DNA from: a virus
Length of the DNA: 64,000 bases
IMG/VR virus record: IMGVR_UViG_3300020472_000012
Span: 1-64,000 of that record
Reading direction: 5' to 3' (one strand)
The notes under the pieces are model-generated. The model made no database searches, was not told where the DNA came from, and saw only the letters and a program-made list of their open reading frames with translations. This document shows, piece by piece, positions 21,427 through 31,325 of the stretch. How positions within the stretch are numbered: the first letter of the stretch is position 1; every line of letters starts with the position of its first letter. The position numbers and the translations under genes are program-made.

Positions 21427-22062
21427 ATGTTATTAGTATATGACGACAACAATACTCTTCACCTAAGAAATGAAAGAGGACTACGATGGAGTTATGAGAG
21501 AACAGACCGACCAGAGTTGGGGTTCGATTTTGACTACCTATTCTATAACCCACCAGAAGATGAATTCTATGAACTCAATGGTGAGGCACAACCCTTAAGT
21601 CAAGAACAACTTGACCAAGTAAAAGAGTATATCTCTTTATCAGAACCGCCTGATGTAATCACCTTACAAGACCAACATATAGGTGATTTAAAAGACCATA
21701 TCAATCAACAACTAGATGGAATCCTAGATGATTTAGGATATCATGGTTGGGTTGAAGTAATGTTAGTTGGTAGAGAGGGTTCACAAGACCCATATCGTGC
21801 AGAATCAAGACGAGTTCTTGAGTTTAGAGACTGGATATTTCAGACTTTTTATAGACTTGAAGAAGAAATTCGTTTAACTGTAGATGCAGATTTACTATCT
21901 TTGGATGCTTATATCCAGAAATTACCAACTATTCCAAGAGCAGAATGGTTCTCTAGAGGGGATAGACCTATTGCAGAAAGACTTAAACTTCTTGCAGATA
22001 GTGACACTTTAGATGTAAATGAAGGTGAGTCAGCACTAGGGGAAGATAAGAGAGCAGTCTAA
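21427..22062 (+). CDS. Tail fibre assembly/chaperone-like protein
   Basis: LDDLGY...DPYRAESRRVLEFRDWIF resembles the GYD...F.AEA....WRD.VW pattern of fibre assembly proteins; position after the fibre genes. Confidence 0.55.
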   Translation: MLLVYDDNNTLHLRNERGLRWSYERTDRPELGFDFDYLFYNPPEDEFYELNGEAQPLSQEQLDQVKEYISLSEPPDVITLQDQHIGDLKDHINQQLDGILDDLGYHGWVEVMLVGREGSQDPYRAESRRVLEFRDWIFQTFYRLEEEIRLTVDADLLSLDAYIQKLPTIPRAEWFSRGDRPIAERLKLLADSDTLDVNEGESALGEDKRAV

Positions 22063-22907
22063 TGTCCGATAGAGATTTATTCTCTTGGATAGACGAACCT
22101 CTTAAAATAGTTCACCTAGAGAAATCACAACCATTAAAACAACTTCCACATAAAGAATGTTGGATAATTGATAATTGGTTACCAGATTCCATCTTCCAAT
22201 CTTGGATAGATTGGAGAAGTCAATCAGTCAATTGGGGATTATCTAATAGAGTAATAAGGGATGGAGAGAAACAACACCTATATTGGGGTGAGTCTTTCTA
22301 TACTTCTTTACGAGAAATTAAAGCTTATCATGGTGGAGATAAGTTAAGAATTCAACCTTTATCAAAAAGAAGATGGAGTAATGTCTCTCCAGATTGGAGA
22401 AAAACAGTCATTAATACTAATGAATCTGGATATTGTCATCCACTTGTTGATAATATTATATGGAGATTGCAACAAGAATTTAGATTTGACTGGGTTAGAT
22501 TTCAATATTGTGGAATGAATGGACAGATAACTGGACAGGATGGAACACTTCATGAGGACACTCATAAGGGTGAGGATGGTATTAATAACCTAACATTTCT
22601 CTTTTATGACCAACCTTACTGGGAAGATGACTGGGGTGGTGATTTAATCTTCTATGATAGTAGGTGTCATGATGAACAATTTGGTAAAGGTATATTAGAA
22701 AACGAAGAAGAATATGAGATTGGTCGTGTTCAATATAAACCTAATAGACTAGTTGTGGTTAATGGAATGATTACACACAGACATCCAGGCCCAACTGCAC
22801 CATATGAGAAACCACATTTTCCTTTTAGAACTTCTTTAGTTTGTCGTGGGGATGAAATAAAGTTGTGGGACAAAGGAGTATATAAACATAAAGAATATGA
22901 ATACTAA
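22062..22907 (+). CDS. 2OG-Fe(II) oxygenase (prolyl-hydroxylase-like)
   Basis: HED...WEDDWGGDLIF...PNRLVV...ITHR...RTS. Confidence 0.85.
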   Translation: MSDRDLFSWIDEPLKIVHLEKSQPLKQLPHKECWIIDNWLPDSIFQSWIDWRSQSVNWGLSNRVIRDGEKQHLYWGESFYTSLREIKAYHGGDKLRIQPLSKRRWSNVSPDWRKTVINTNESGYCHPLVDNIIWRLQQEFRFDWVRFQYCGMNGQITGQDGTLHEDTHKGEDGINNLTFLFYDQPYWEDDWGGDLIFYDSRCHDEQFGKGILENEEEYEIGRVQYKPNRLVVVNGMITHRHPGPTAPYEKPHFPFRTSLVCRGDEIKLWDKGVYKHKEYEY

Positions 22908-23685
22908 AATAATTTTAATAATGGGATTGCCAGGCTCTGGTAAAACCACTCTTGCAAAACATCTATTAGACTACATTGATGCAGAACATTATGAAGCAGA
23001 TGTTATTAGACAGATAGAAAACGACTGGGACTTCTCCGAAGAAGGGAGAATGAGACAAGTATATCGAATGAGAGAACTTGCACAAACAACTAAAAGACCA
23101 TATGCAATATGTGATTTTGTTTGTCCTTTAGTAGAAGGTAGAGAAATTTTACAACCAGATATAGTTATCTGGATGAATACTATTGAGAAAGGAAGGTTTG
23201 AAGACACCAATCAAGTGTTTGTAGAACCAGAAAAAGTCGATTATCTGGTTACAGATTACAATGCAGAACTACATTCAGAGGTCATTTCTAGAACAATTCT
23301 AGAAACTTCTGCAATTTCTTTTGACCCTAAACTACCAACTACACAGATGTTGGGCAGATATCAACCATTTCATGATGGTCATCTTGCATTATTTGAGAGG
23401 TGTCATGAACAAACTGGTCAAGTAGTTATCATGGTAAGGGATATGCCAGCAGATATAAAGAACCCTTTTGACTTTAAAACCATTAAACAAAACATTAAAT
23501 TATATCTTCTAGGGGAAGGATACGAAGAAAATCATGATTATGTTATCATCAAAGTACCTAATATTGTAGATATTAGTTATGGTAGAGATGTAGGATATAG
23601 TATAACCGAACATAAATTTGATAAAGATGTAGAGGAAATTAGTGCAACAGAGATAAGGAGACAGATTGGCATCAAGGAAAATTAG
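22897..23685 (+). CDS. APS-kinase-like P-loop domain fused to an HxGH nucleotidyltransferase
   Basis: GLPGSGKTT, ADVIR...DFSEEGR, DFVCP; then GRYQPFHDGH and ISATEIR. Confidence 0.8.
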   Translation: MNTKIILIMGLPGSGKTTLAKHLLDYIDAEHYEADVIRQIENDWDFSEEGRMRQVYRMRELAQTTKRPYAICDFVCPLVEGREILQPDIVIWMNTIEKGRFEDTNQVFVEPEKVDYLVTDYNAELHSEVISRTILETSAISFDPKLPTTQMLGRYQPFHDGHLALFERCHEQTGQVVIMVRDMPADIKNPFDFKTIKQNIKLYLLGEGYEENHDYVIIKVPNIVDISYGRDVGYSITEHKFDKDVEEISATEIRRQIGIKEN

Positions 23686-23911
23686 TCTTATAAAGAGTGT
23701 CAGTTATAGAGTTTTAGCAATTTCTATCACTGGTCTTACTGGTTACTTCGTAACTGGGAGTCTAATTTTTGCAGCCACGATAGTCTACATAGATACTTTA
23801 TTGAAGATAGTATTCTATTATTGGCATGAAAGAGTATGGGAAAGAATACAAAAGAAGATGAAAAAGAATAAAGATTGGAGAATTGGAACAGTATGGGAAA
23901 AGAGGAAGTAG
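23666..23911 (+). CDS. DUF2061-like small membrane protein
   Basis: SLIKSVSYR...KIVFYYWHERVW; TTG start with AAGGAG. Confidence 0.8.
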   Translation: MASRKISLIKSVSYRVLAISITGLTGYFVTGSLIFAATIVYIDTLLKIVFYYWHERVWERIQKKMKKNKDWRIGTVWEKRK

Positions 23912-24936
23912 GTAAATGTCCTATAGACCACTCTAAACCAAAGAAGTCTATAAGAGCATCTGGAACATTTGATAGGAGTGAGACTCATACTATCAAGTTT
24001 ACTACGCCTTGGGATGATGCATTTGATGTATTCCAACCAGTTCCGATGTCCGAAGCACAACCAGATTGGTGGAATAAACTATCAATATATGTCCATGATG
24101 ACAAGTTTACTAAACAACAAACTGGTAAAGGATGTCCATCTATGCATGATATTATGAATACTGGGTACATTATTAGAACCCACAAGACTATATTAGTTGT
24201 TCAAATACCAGATTGTGAAGACAAAGAAGAACCATATAGTGACCCAGAGTTTCAATGTACTTGGTGTGATGAGACATGTGACCCAGAATCAGAAGTAGGA
24301 AAGAGACATAGAAGGTTACACAACCACGACCAAGGCGGTACTGCATATGTAATTAAAGATGAATATGTAGAAGATATGACTCAATATATGAGAGAATGTA
24401 TCGAAAATGATGTAGGTAGAAGAGATATGTATTTCGATTTACTCAATGAAGAACATCAATCAAACAAATGGATTGACTGGAGATATGAAATAACAGGTGG
24501 TCACAATGGCGGTCAACTGTTAGGTTCAGATTTTGACCATAGGTTGTCTATAAAATTCAGACAGCCTTGGACAATTTCTACTCCAGAAGGTACATCGTGT
24601 TATTGGTTAGACCCATTTCTAAAGATGAATGACAACTGGACAGCAATGCAAGGTGTCATTGATACTGATGGGTTTAACCAAATTGATACGAATTGTATAA
24701 CAATTATACATCCATTAACTAATGAAAACTTTATTATACCGAAAGGAACACCAATTGTCCAGATAGTTCCCTTTGTTAGAACTAAGTGGAAACACGAATT
24801 GGAATTAAATATGGACATAAAACAAGACTTCATGCATACACCAGAGATGAAAGAGTTGGGAGAAAAGGGTGAGAGTGGTGATGGTAAAAAGAATGTTTAC
24901 AGAAAAAACTTCTGGGAAGTAAAGGAGTTTAAGTAA
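23893..24936 (+). CDS. DUF6065-like protein (dUTPase-like beta-clip C-terminus)
   Basis: QPDWW, GCPSMHD...GY, PW.I.TPEG.S, GVIDTD, IPKGTPIVQIVPF; alternative TTG start at 23875. Confidence 0.65.
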   Translation: MGKEEVGKCPIDHSKPKKSIRASGTFDRSETHTIKFTTPWDDAFDVFQPVPMSEAQPDWWNKLSIYVHDDKFTKQQTGKGCPSMHDIMNTGYIIRTHKTILVVQIPDCEDKEEPYSDPEFQCTWCDETCDPESEVGKRHRRLHNHDQGGTAYVIKDEYVEDMTQYMRECIENDVGRRDMYFDLLNEEHQSNKWIDWRYEITGGHNGGQLLGSDFDHRLSIKFRQPWTISTPEGTSCYWLDPFLKMNDNWTAMQGVIDTDGFNQIDTNCITIIHPLTNENFIIPKGTPIVQIVPFVRTKWKHELELNMDIKQDFMHTPEMKELGEKGESGDGKKNVYRKNFWEVKEFK

Positions 24937-25676
24937 TGTTACATCAATTATTTCCAACTAATGTATTCACTTTTAACATGATAGGGGATGACCCATACTA
25001 TCAGATGTCAGAAAAGAACTGGGATAAGTTAATTAAAGAGTCTTATACCATGAGAAAGAAAGACCCAGTAGGAAGATTTAGGTCAAATGATGAGAGTGGA
25101 TGGCAGTCTAACGATGGTGTAGAGAACAATGCAGTCTTCCAACCCATGCTTAATAGAATGAATAGGTTCTTTGACAAGGAAGTATTTCCTTTCTATGGTG
25201 CAACTGATAACGAATTAAAACTACAACATGGTAATTATTGGGTTAATATAAATGGATTAGGTGGTCATAATCATGCACATACACATCCAGGCTGTTGGTA
25301 TTCTGGAGTAATATACCTACAAGTACCTAAAGGAATGGATAGAGGTGGACTACAAATCATAGACCAGAACATAAAACACATGTCTCAGTTCCCTTTAATG
25401 TCTAACAGAAGTGATATGTGGTGGAGAGTTCAACCAGAAAAAGGATTATTAATATTATTTCCTTCTGGAATATATCATTTCGTAGAACCTAACGATGCAG
25501 ATGGAGATAGAATTTCTATTGCATTTAATAATTCTTTTGTTGATAGACAAGTTATTGCAAACCATTACGATGAACTTCCTTATGGAATGGTTAACACACA
25601 TCCAGAACAAACACCAAAAAGATATGATGATAGTATAGTAGTGCAACCAGATGGCACTTTAGAATTCCCTAAATAG
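24936..25676 (+). CDS. 2OG-Fe(II) oxygenase, TIGR02466-like
   Basis: GWQS; WVNIN...HTHPGCWYSGVIY; LILFPS.IYH.V.PN; RISIAFN. Confidence 0.88.
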   Translation: MLHQLFPTNVFTFNMIGDDPYYQMSEKNWDKLIKESYTMRKKDPVGRFRSNDESGWQSNDGVENNAVFQPMLNRMNRFFDKEVFPFYGATDNELKLQHGNYWVNINGLGGHNHAHTHPGCWYSGVIYLQVPKGMDRGGLQIIDQNIKHMSQFPLMSNRSDMWWRVQPEKGLLILFPSGIYHFVEPNDADGDRISIAFNNSFVDRQVIANHYDELPYGMVNTHPEQTPKRYDDSIVVQPDGTLEFPK

Positions 25677-25699
25677 TAAGATAAACACGAGGATTCTCA

Positions 25700-25951
25700 A
25701 TGGACAACGAAATGACACACTTAATCTGGAACTTTGTATTGACTGCCGGAGCAGCGGGAGTTGGTTGGTGGGTCATTAATATGCACAACGAATTGAAACG
25801 AGTAGAGATTTTGTTGAACAGGACTAGGGAAGAAGTAGCGAGAGACTACATTCAGAAAGATGATTTGGAAAGAGCAATGAGACCAATTGTAGAATCCATA
25901 GAGAAAATTGACTCTAAATTAGACGATTTTCTAATCTCAAATCAAAAATAA
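25700..25951 (+). CDS. Small membrane-anchored coiled-coil protein (possibly holin-like)
   Basis: N-terminal TM segment, LNRTREEVARDY, coiled coil. Confidence 0.55.
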   Translation: MDNEMTHLIWNFVLTAGAAGVGWWVINMHNELKRVEILLNRTREEVARDYIQKDDLERAMRPIVESIEKIDSKLDDFLISNQK

Positions 25952-25999
25952 CCTAAATACTGTTAGAACAAAATTTTTAATTCTAATGGAAAATAGGTT

Positions 26000-26815
26000 A
26001 TGGCATCACCAAACAGTAAATCAACACTAAAAGAATATGCATTAAGACAACTGGGGAAACCAGTTATAGAGGTTAATGTTGATGACGACCAAGTAGATGA
26101 CATCATAGATGATTGTCTACAGTATTATAAAGAGTACCATTATGATGGTACAATGAGAACATATCTCAAACATCAAATTAATTCTACTGATTTAACAAAC
26201 CAAAGACTAGATGCATCAATGACGCAGTCATCAACTGGGTCACACATATCAAGTACAATGTCCTTTAAAGAGGGACAAGGATATGTGGTTATGCCAGAAT
26301 CAGTTATGTCTGTTCTTAGAATCTTTCCATTCACCGATAAATCTGGACTCAATATGTTTGATATGAGATATCAGTTAAGGTTACATGACCTTTATGACTT
26401 ATCTTCTACATCTATATTGCAGTATGAGATGGTACAGAACCATGTCCAGTTACTAGATGAACTATTAGTTGGTGAGGTTCCAGTAAGATATAACAAAGTA
26501 CAGAATAGATTATATCTTGATTTGGATTGGACAAATGCAGTTGCAAACACAGACTGGATTATTATAGATTGCTATCGTGCAATTGACCCAACTACATTTA
26601 CAGATGTTTACAATGACATATGGTTAAAGAGATATGTCACTGCAAAGATTAAAGGTCAGTGGGGAAGGAACATGTCTAAGTTTGAAGGTATTCAATTGCC
26701 AGGCGGAGTTACACTAAACACTCGACAAATGATAGAAGATTCAAACGAGGAAATAACTAGATTAGAAGAAGAGAGTAACTTACAACAGACTGAATCTGCT
26801 ATTATGTTGGGGTAA
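26000..26815 (+). CDS. gp13: Neck protein gp13
   Basis: LRQLGKPVIEVNVDDDQ; WLKRYVTA..K.QWG.N.SKF.G.QLPGGV. Confidence 0.93.
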   Translation: MASPNSKSTLKEYALRQLGKPVIEVNVDDDQVDDIIDDCLQYYKEYHYDGTMRTYLKHQINSTDLTNQRLDASMTQSSTGSHISSTMSFKEGQGYVVMPESVMSVLRIFPFTDKSGLNMFDMRYQLRLHDLYDLSSTSILQYEMVQNHVQLLDELLVGEVPVRYNKVQNRLYLDLDWTNAVANTDWIIIDCYRAIDPTTFTDVYNDIWLKRYVTAKIKGQWGRNMSKFEGIQLPGGVTLNTRQMIEDSNEEITRLEEESNLQQTESAIMLG

Positions 26816-26818
26816 ATT

Positions 26819-27733
26819 ATGCCTACTAATGTATTTTTTAATCATGCAGTCGATTCTGAACAGAACTTAGTTGAAGACTTAGTAGTTGAATCGTTAAGAC
26901 TTTATGGTCATGAAGTTTATTATATGCCACGAAAAATCGTGGATGAGGATTCTCTTTTAGGAGAAGACCCTTCAAGTAAATTTGATGATGCATATCAAGT
27001 TGAAATGTATATCGAAAACACCGAAGGGTTTGAAGGTGAAGGTGACCTATTAACTAAATTTGGTGTTGAGTTAAGAGACCAATGTACTTTTGTTCTTGCA
27101 AAAAGAACATGGGATAGATTCATATCCTTAGATTCAAACCTAGTAACAACATTCAGACCACAAGAAGGAGACTTAGTTTACTTCCCAATGGGAAACCAAG
27201 TCTTTGAAATAAGATTTGTAGAACATGAGAATCCATTCTATCAACTAGGTAAAATATTTGTATTCAAACTTTCATGTGAAACATTTGATTACTCACACGA
27301 AGAATTCGATACTGGAGTGGCTGCACTTGATAACATTGAAGACCAACACTCTTATCAAATATCAATGGTTCTTGGAACAGGTGGTTCTGGAACCTTCACT
27401 GTTGGTGAGACAGTAACACAAACAGTTAATACTGGTTATACTGTATCTGGTAATGTAGTTAATTGGGATGCAAGTACAAGGACATTGTATGTTAATAACA
27501 TAACATTCTCTGATACTGGAGTACCAACACAATACAATATGTTTGTATTAAGTTCTAATGCAAATGCTGGAAACATTGTTGGTGCAACAAGTAGTGCAAG
27601 TTGGGAAGTAACCACTGCACCTAATACGATTGCAATAATACAAGACCCAACAGCAGATAACCAAGACTTTGAAACAGCAGGTGATAATATAATAGACTTT
27701 AGTGAGTCAAACCCATTTGGGAGTGTAACATAA
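26819..27733 (+). CDS. gp14: Neck protein gp14
   Basis: EQNLVEDLVVESL; RPQEGDLVYFP; PFYQLGK; DFSESNPFG. Confidence 0.93.
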   Translation: MPTNVFFNHAVDSEQNLVEDLVVESLRLYGHEVYYMPRKIVDEDSLLGEDPSSKFDDAYQVEMYIENTEGFEGEGDLLTKFGVELRDQCTFVLAKRTWDRFISLDSNLVTTFRPQEGDLVYFPMGNQVFEIRFVEHENPFYQLGKIFVFKLSCETFDYSHEEFDTGVAALDNIEDQHSYQISMVLGTGGSGTFTVGETVTQTVNTGYTVSGNVVNWDASTRTLYVNNITFSDTGVPTQYNMFVLSSNANAGNIVGATSSASWEVTTAPNTIAIIQDPTADNQDFETAGDNIIDFSESNPFGSVT

Positions 27734-27734
27734 G

Positions 27735-28556
27735 ATGTTAGGTAAGGCACATTTCTACCATGAAGCAATAAAGAGGTCAGTATCAGTATTTGGTACTGTC
27801 TTTAATGATATTGAGATTTCAAGAACTAAAGGTTCATCAACTCAATTCATGAAAGTTCCTATTGCATATGGCCCGAAACAGAAATGGATACAAAGACTAG
27901 ATGCAATGCCCAACTTAGGTGCAGATGATTCATCAAGAGTTGCAGTAGTATTACCTAGACTTGCATTTGAAATAACAGGATTAACTTACGATTCCCAAAG
28001 AAAATTGGGGAAACTTAAACAATATAAACTTAAAGAAACTGGAGACAATACTGTTCTTAGAACACAATTTGCACCAGTACCATACAATATTACTTTTGAT
28101 TTAACTGCAATGGCAAAGAATACTGAGGACTGTTTACAAATAGTAGAACAGATTCTACCATTCTTTACACCAGACTTTACTGTAACTATAACAACTGTTC
28201 CTAATACTTCTGAGAAAAGAGATGTTCCTATAGTCTTAGAGTCAGTTGCTTATAATGATGAGTACGAAGGTGACTTCCAAACTAGACGAGTAGTCACATG
28301 GACTTTAGGATTTACAATGAAAACTTACCTATATGGAAATATAACTCAATCAGAAGTTATCAGAGATGTTCGTGCAAGAACCTATATATCTGATGATGGT
28401 AAAGCAGATGTTGCTGCTGGAAGGTCTAGTGAAGTGAAAGTAGTACCTAATCCTACTAGTGCAGATGTAGATGTTGCACCAGTAAGTTATACTGAGACCT
28501 TAAACTTCTTTGATGGAGATGATTTCACATATGGTGACGATGATACAACAATTTAA
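27735..28556 (+). CDS. gp15: Tail sheath stabiliser gp15
   Basis: FGTVFN; VPIAYGPKQK; LPRLAFE; QIVEQILPFFTP. Confidence 0.93.
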   Translation: MLGKAHFYHEAIKRSVSVFGTVFNDIEISRTKGSSTQFMKVPIAYGPKQKWIQRLDAMPNLGADDSSRVAVVLPRLAFEITGLTYDSQRKLGKLKQYKLKETGDNTVLRTQFAPVPYNITFDLTAMAKNTEDCLQIVEQILPFFTPDFTVTITTVPNTSEKRDVPIVLESVAYNDEYEGDFQTRRVVTWTLGFTMKTYLYGNITQSEVIRDVRARTYISDDGKADVAAGRSSEVKVVPNPTSADVDVAPVSYTETLNFFDGDDFTYGDDDTTI

Positions 28557-28558
28557 TT

Positions 28559-28987
28559 ATGAACAATATAGACCAAAAACTAGATGACCTTCTAGACATC
28601 AATAACGAAGCTTCCAAGGCATTAGTCGATGGAAGAATAGAAAAGAAACCAATAGTCGTTAACGACTCAGACACCAGACATGAAGATAGAGGTGTCGATT
28701 ACAAATATACTAGAAACACATTATACAATCTTGTTGAGAGAGGACAAGATGCAATAGAGGGTATTCTTGACCTTGCAAAAGAGTCAGAACATCCTAGAAC
28801 CTATGAAGTCGCAGGACAATTAATAAAGACTGTTGCAGATACCTCTGAAAAACTCTTACAGATTCAAAAACAAATGCAAGATTTAGAGGGGTCAAGACCT
28901 CAAGCACAGAAGACAACTAATCAACTCTTCGTAGGTTCTACAGCAGAATTACAGAAACTATTGAAGAAGAACAATGACTCAAGTTAA
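28559..28987 (+). CDS. gp16: Terminase small subunit gp16
   Basis: DYKYTR; EHPRTYEV; LFVGSTAELQK. Confidence 0.93.
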   Translation: MNNIDQKLDDLLDINNEASKALVDGRIEKKPIVVNDSDTRHEDRGVDYKYTRNTLYNLVERGQDAIEGILDLAKESEHPRTYEVAGQLIKTVADTSEKLLQIQKQMQDLEGSRPQAQKTTNQLFVGSTAELQKLLKKNNDSS

Positions 28988-30584
28988 AAACGAAGGTTAC
29001 TTAGGTAATATAAATGTCAAACGAGCTGGTGTCGAACAAGGTTGGACACAAGACCAAGTTGATGAGTATATTAAATGTTCAGAAAACCCAAACCATTTTA
29101 TAGAAAATTATGTTAAAATTATCTCACTTGACGAGGGGCTTGTCAACTTTAGGTTGTATGATTATCAAGAGCGTCTTATTGACCACTTTCATGATAATCG
29201 TTTTAGTGTCTGCTTGGCTTGTAGACAGAGTGGAAAGTCGATTACAGTATGTGCATACCTACTCTGGTATGTCTGTTTCCATCCAGAACAAACAGTGGCC
29301 GTACTTGCCAACAAGGGGTCTACTGCAAGAGAGATGTTGGCCAGAATCACTACAATGCTTGAACACATTCCCTTCTTCTTACAGCCAGGCACAAAGGTAC
29401 TCAATAAGGGTTCCATTAATTTTGAAAACAACTCAAGAATAATTGCAAGTGCTACATCTGCAGCTTCTATTCGTGGACTGTCTGTTAATTTACTATACTT
29501 AGATGAGTTTGCATTCGTAGAAAATGCAGAAGTATTCTATACTGGTACATATCCAGTAATCACATCTGGTAAAAATTCTAAGGTTATTGTTACCTCTACT
29601 GCAAATGGTGTAGGTAATATGTTCCATAAGATATGGGAAGGTGCAATAACTGGGTCAAGTCAATATAAACATTTCCAAGTTGACTGGAGTGATGTTCCAG
29701 GCCGTGATAAGAAATGGAAAGAAGAGACCATTGCAAATACATCACAGATGCAGTTTGAACAAGAATTTGGTAATTCTTTCTTAGGAACTGGTAGAACTCT
29801 TATCCAAGCAGATACATTATTGGGAATGCATGGTGCAAATGCACAAGAATTATATGGGGCAATTAAGGTATATCATAGACCAAAAGAGAACCATACTTAC
29901 ATAATGACAGTGGATGTTGCAGAAGGTAAGGGATTAGATTATTCTGCATGGAGTATTATAGACATAACAAAGGGTAATGAGTGGCATCAAGTATGTACAT
30001 TTAGAGACAATATGATATCACCATTGTTACTTCCAGACCTAATTAATAAGTGGGGAATTGCATATAACAATGCAATGGTGATTGTAGAGAACAATGGACA
30101 GGGTGCAATGGTATGTAATGAGATGCATTATAACTTAGAATACGATAATATGTTCATGTCTAACACAATAAAATCAGATGGAATAGGTCTTAGGATGACC
30201 AGAAAGACAAAAGCAATAGGATGTGCAACCCTAAAAGAAGTCTTAGAAGAGAATAAACTACATATTCCAGACAGTCATACCATACAAGAGTTAACTACAT
30301 TTGTAAGTAAAGGACAATCATGGGAGGCAGATGGTGGTAATCATGATGACATGGTAATGACTTTAGTTCTATTTGGGTGGTTTGTTTCCACTCCATTGTT
30401 CACTGATATGACAGATGAACAACTTAAAATGTTATTATTTGCAGAAAGACAGAGAGAGATAGAGGAAGATGTCCTACCTTTTGGTATAATAAATAGTTAC
30501 AATGAAGAAGAAGAAGAGAGTTTTGTAGATGGAGAAGGTGATGTTTGGACTACTGATAGAAGATTTCCAAACAAATTTTGGTAG
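28974..30584 (+). CDS. gp17: Terminase large subunit gp17
   Basis: RQSGKS Walker A; LDEFAF; STANG; DVAEG; HDDMVM. Confidence 0.96.
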   Translation: MTQVKNEGYLGNINVKRAGVEQGWTQDQVDEYIKCSENPNHFIENYVKIISLDEGLVNFRLYDYQERLIDHFHDNRFSVCLACRQSGKSITVCAYLLWYVCFHPEQTVAVLANKGSTAREMLARITTMLEHIPFFLQPGTKVLNKGSINFENNSRIIASATSAASIRGLSVNLLYLDEFAFVENAEVFYTGTYPVITSGKNSKVIVTSTANGVGNMFHKIWEGAITGSSQYKHFQVDWSDVPGRDKKWKEETIANTSQMQFEQEFGNSFLGTGRTLIQADTLLGMHGANAQELYGAIKVYHRPKENHTYIMTVDVAEGKGLDYSAWSIIDITKGNEWHQVCTFRDNMISPLLLPDLINKWGIAYNNAMVIVENNGQGAMVCNEMHYNLEYDNMFMSNTIKSDGIGLRMTRKTKAIGCATLKEVLEENKLHIPDSHTIQELTTFVSKGQSWEADGGNHDDMVMTLVLFGWFVSTPLFTDMTDEQLKMLLFAERQREIEEDVLPFGIINSYNEEEEESFVDGEGDVWTTDRRFPNKFW

Positions 30585-31220
30585 ATGAAAGTTAAAAGAA
30601 ATAAATATAAACTCGCAGAAGGTACAGAACACGAAAGAGATTATGGAGTTATTGTTCCATTTGGCCCTTTAGAATTTGATATTGAAGAGATGAAAGACTA
30701 TATTCTTAGTGATGAAGGTCGAAAAGTTATAGAAAGAGAACATTGGGTAGACCCTAACATACCATATAACTGGGCAAAACTACCAAGAAAGTGTTTCTTT
30801 GATGCATATTATAATGTAAAAGAGACTTTCTATAACAATGTTACATCTCTGGGAATCGACACTGGAGTCCCACATATGTTTCATGGGTGGATAAACATAT
30901 TTGAGAAAGGGGATAGAATACACTGGCATTCCCATACTCAGACAGAAGAAAAGAATTTTTATCATGGTGTTATCTGTATAACCGATGGTGGTGGGTCATA
31001 TACAGAGTATAGACATCATGAAACTAAGGAAGAATTGTATCAAATACCATCCCAAGTAGGGTATGGACACTTTATAGCAGACATGTTAACAGAACATAGG
31101 TCATCTATTAATGAATCTGATGAACCTAGAATAACAATTGCATTTGATATTATACCACATTATGACTATATTGGTCAATGGGATTGTGCTAATGCAAAAC
31201 ACTTTATTCCATTCTGTTAA
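30585..31220 (+). CDS. 2OG-Fe(II) oxygenase-like protein (HxH type)
   Basis: GWINI...WHSH...YHG...EH.S...PRITIAFD. Confidence 0.75.
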   Translation: MKVKRNKYKLAEGTEHERDYGVIVPFGPLEFDIEEMKDYILSDEGRKVIEREHWVDPNIPYNWAKLPRKCFFDAYYNVKETFYNNVTSLGIDTGVPHMFHGWINIFEKGDRIHWHSHTQTEEKNFYHGVICITDGGGSYTEYRHHETKEELYQIPSQVGYGHFIADMLTEHRSSINESDEPRITIAFDIIPHYDYIGQWDCANAKHFIPFC

Positions 31221-31325
31221 AGTGTAAATGACAAGAATACTAAATAGATTATGACGAATTAATAAAACATATTTGATTCGGCAAAGTAAAATAAATGTTA
31301 ATTATCATTATAGGGGAAAACTAAC

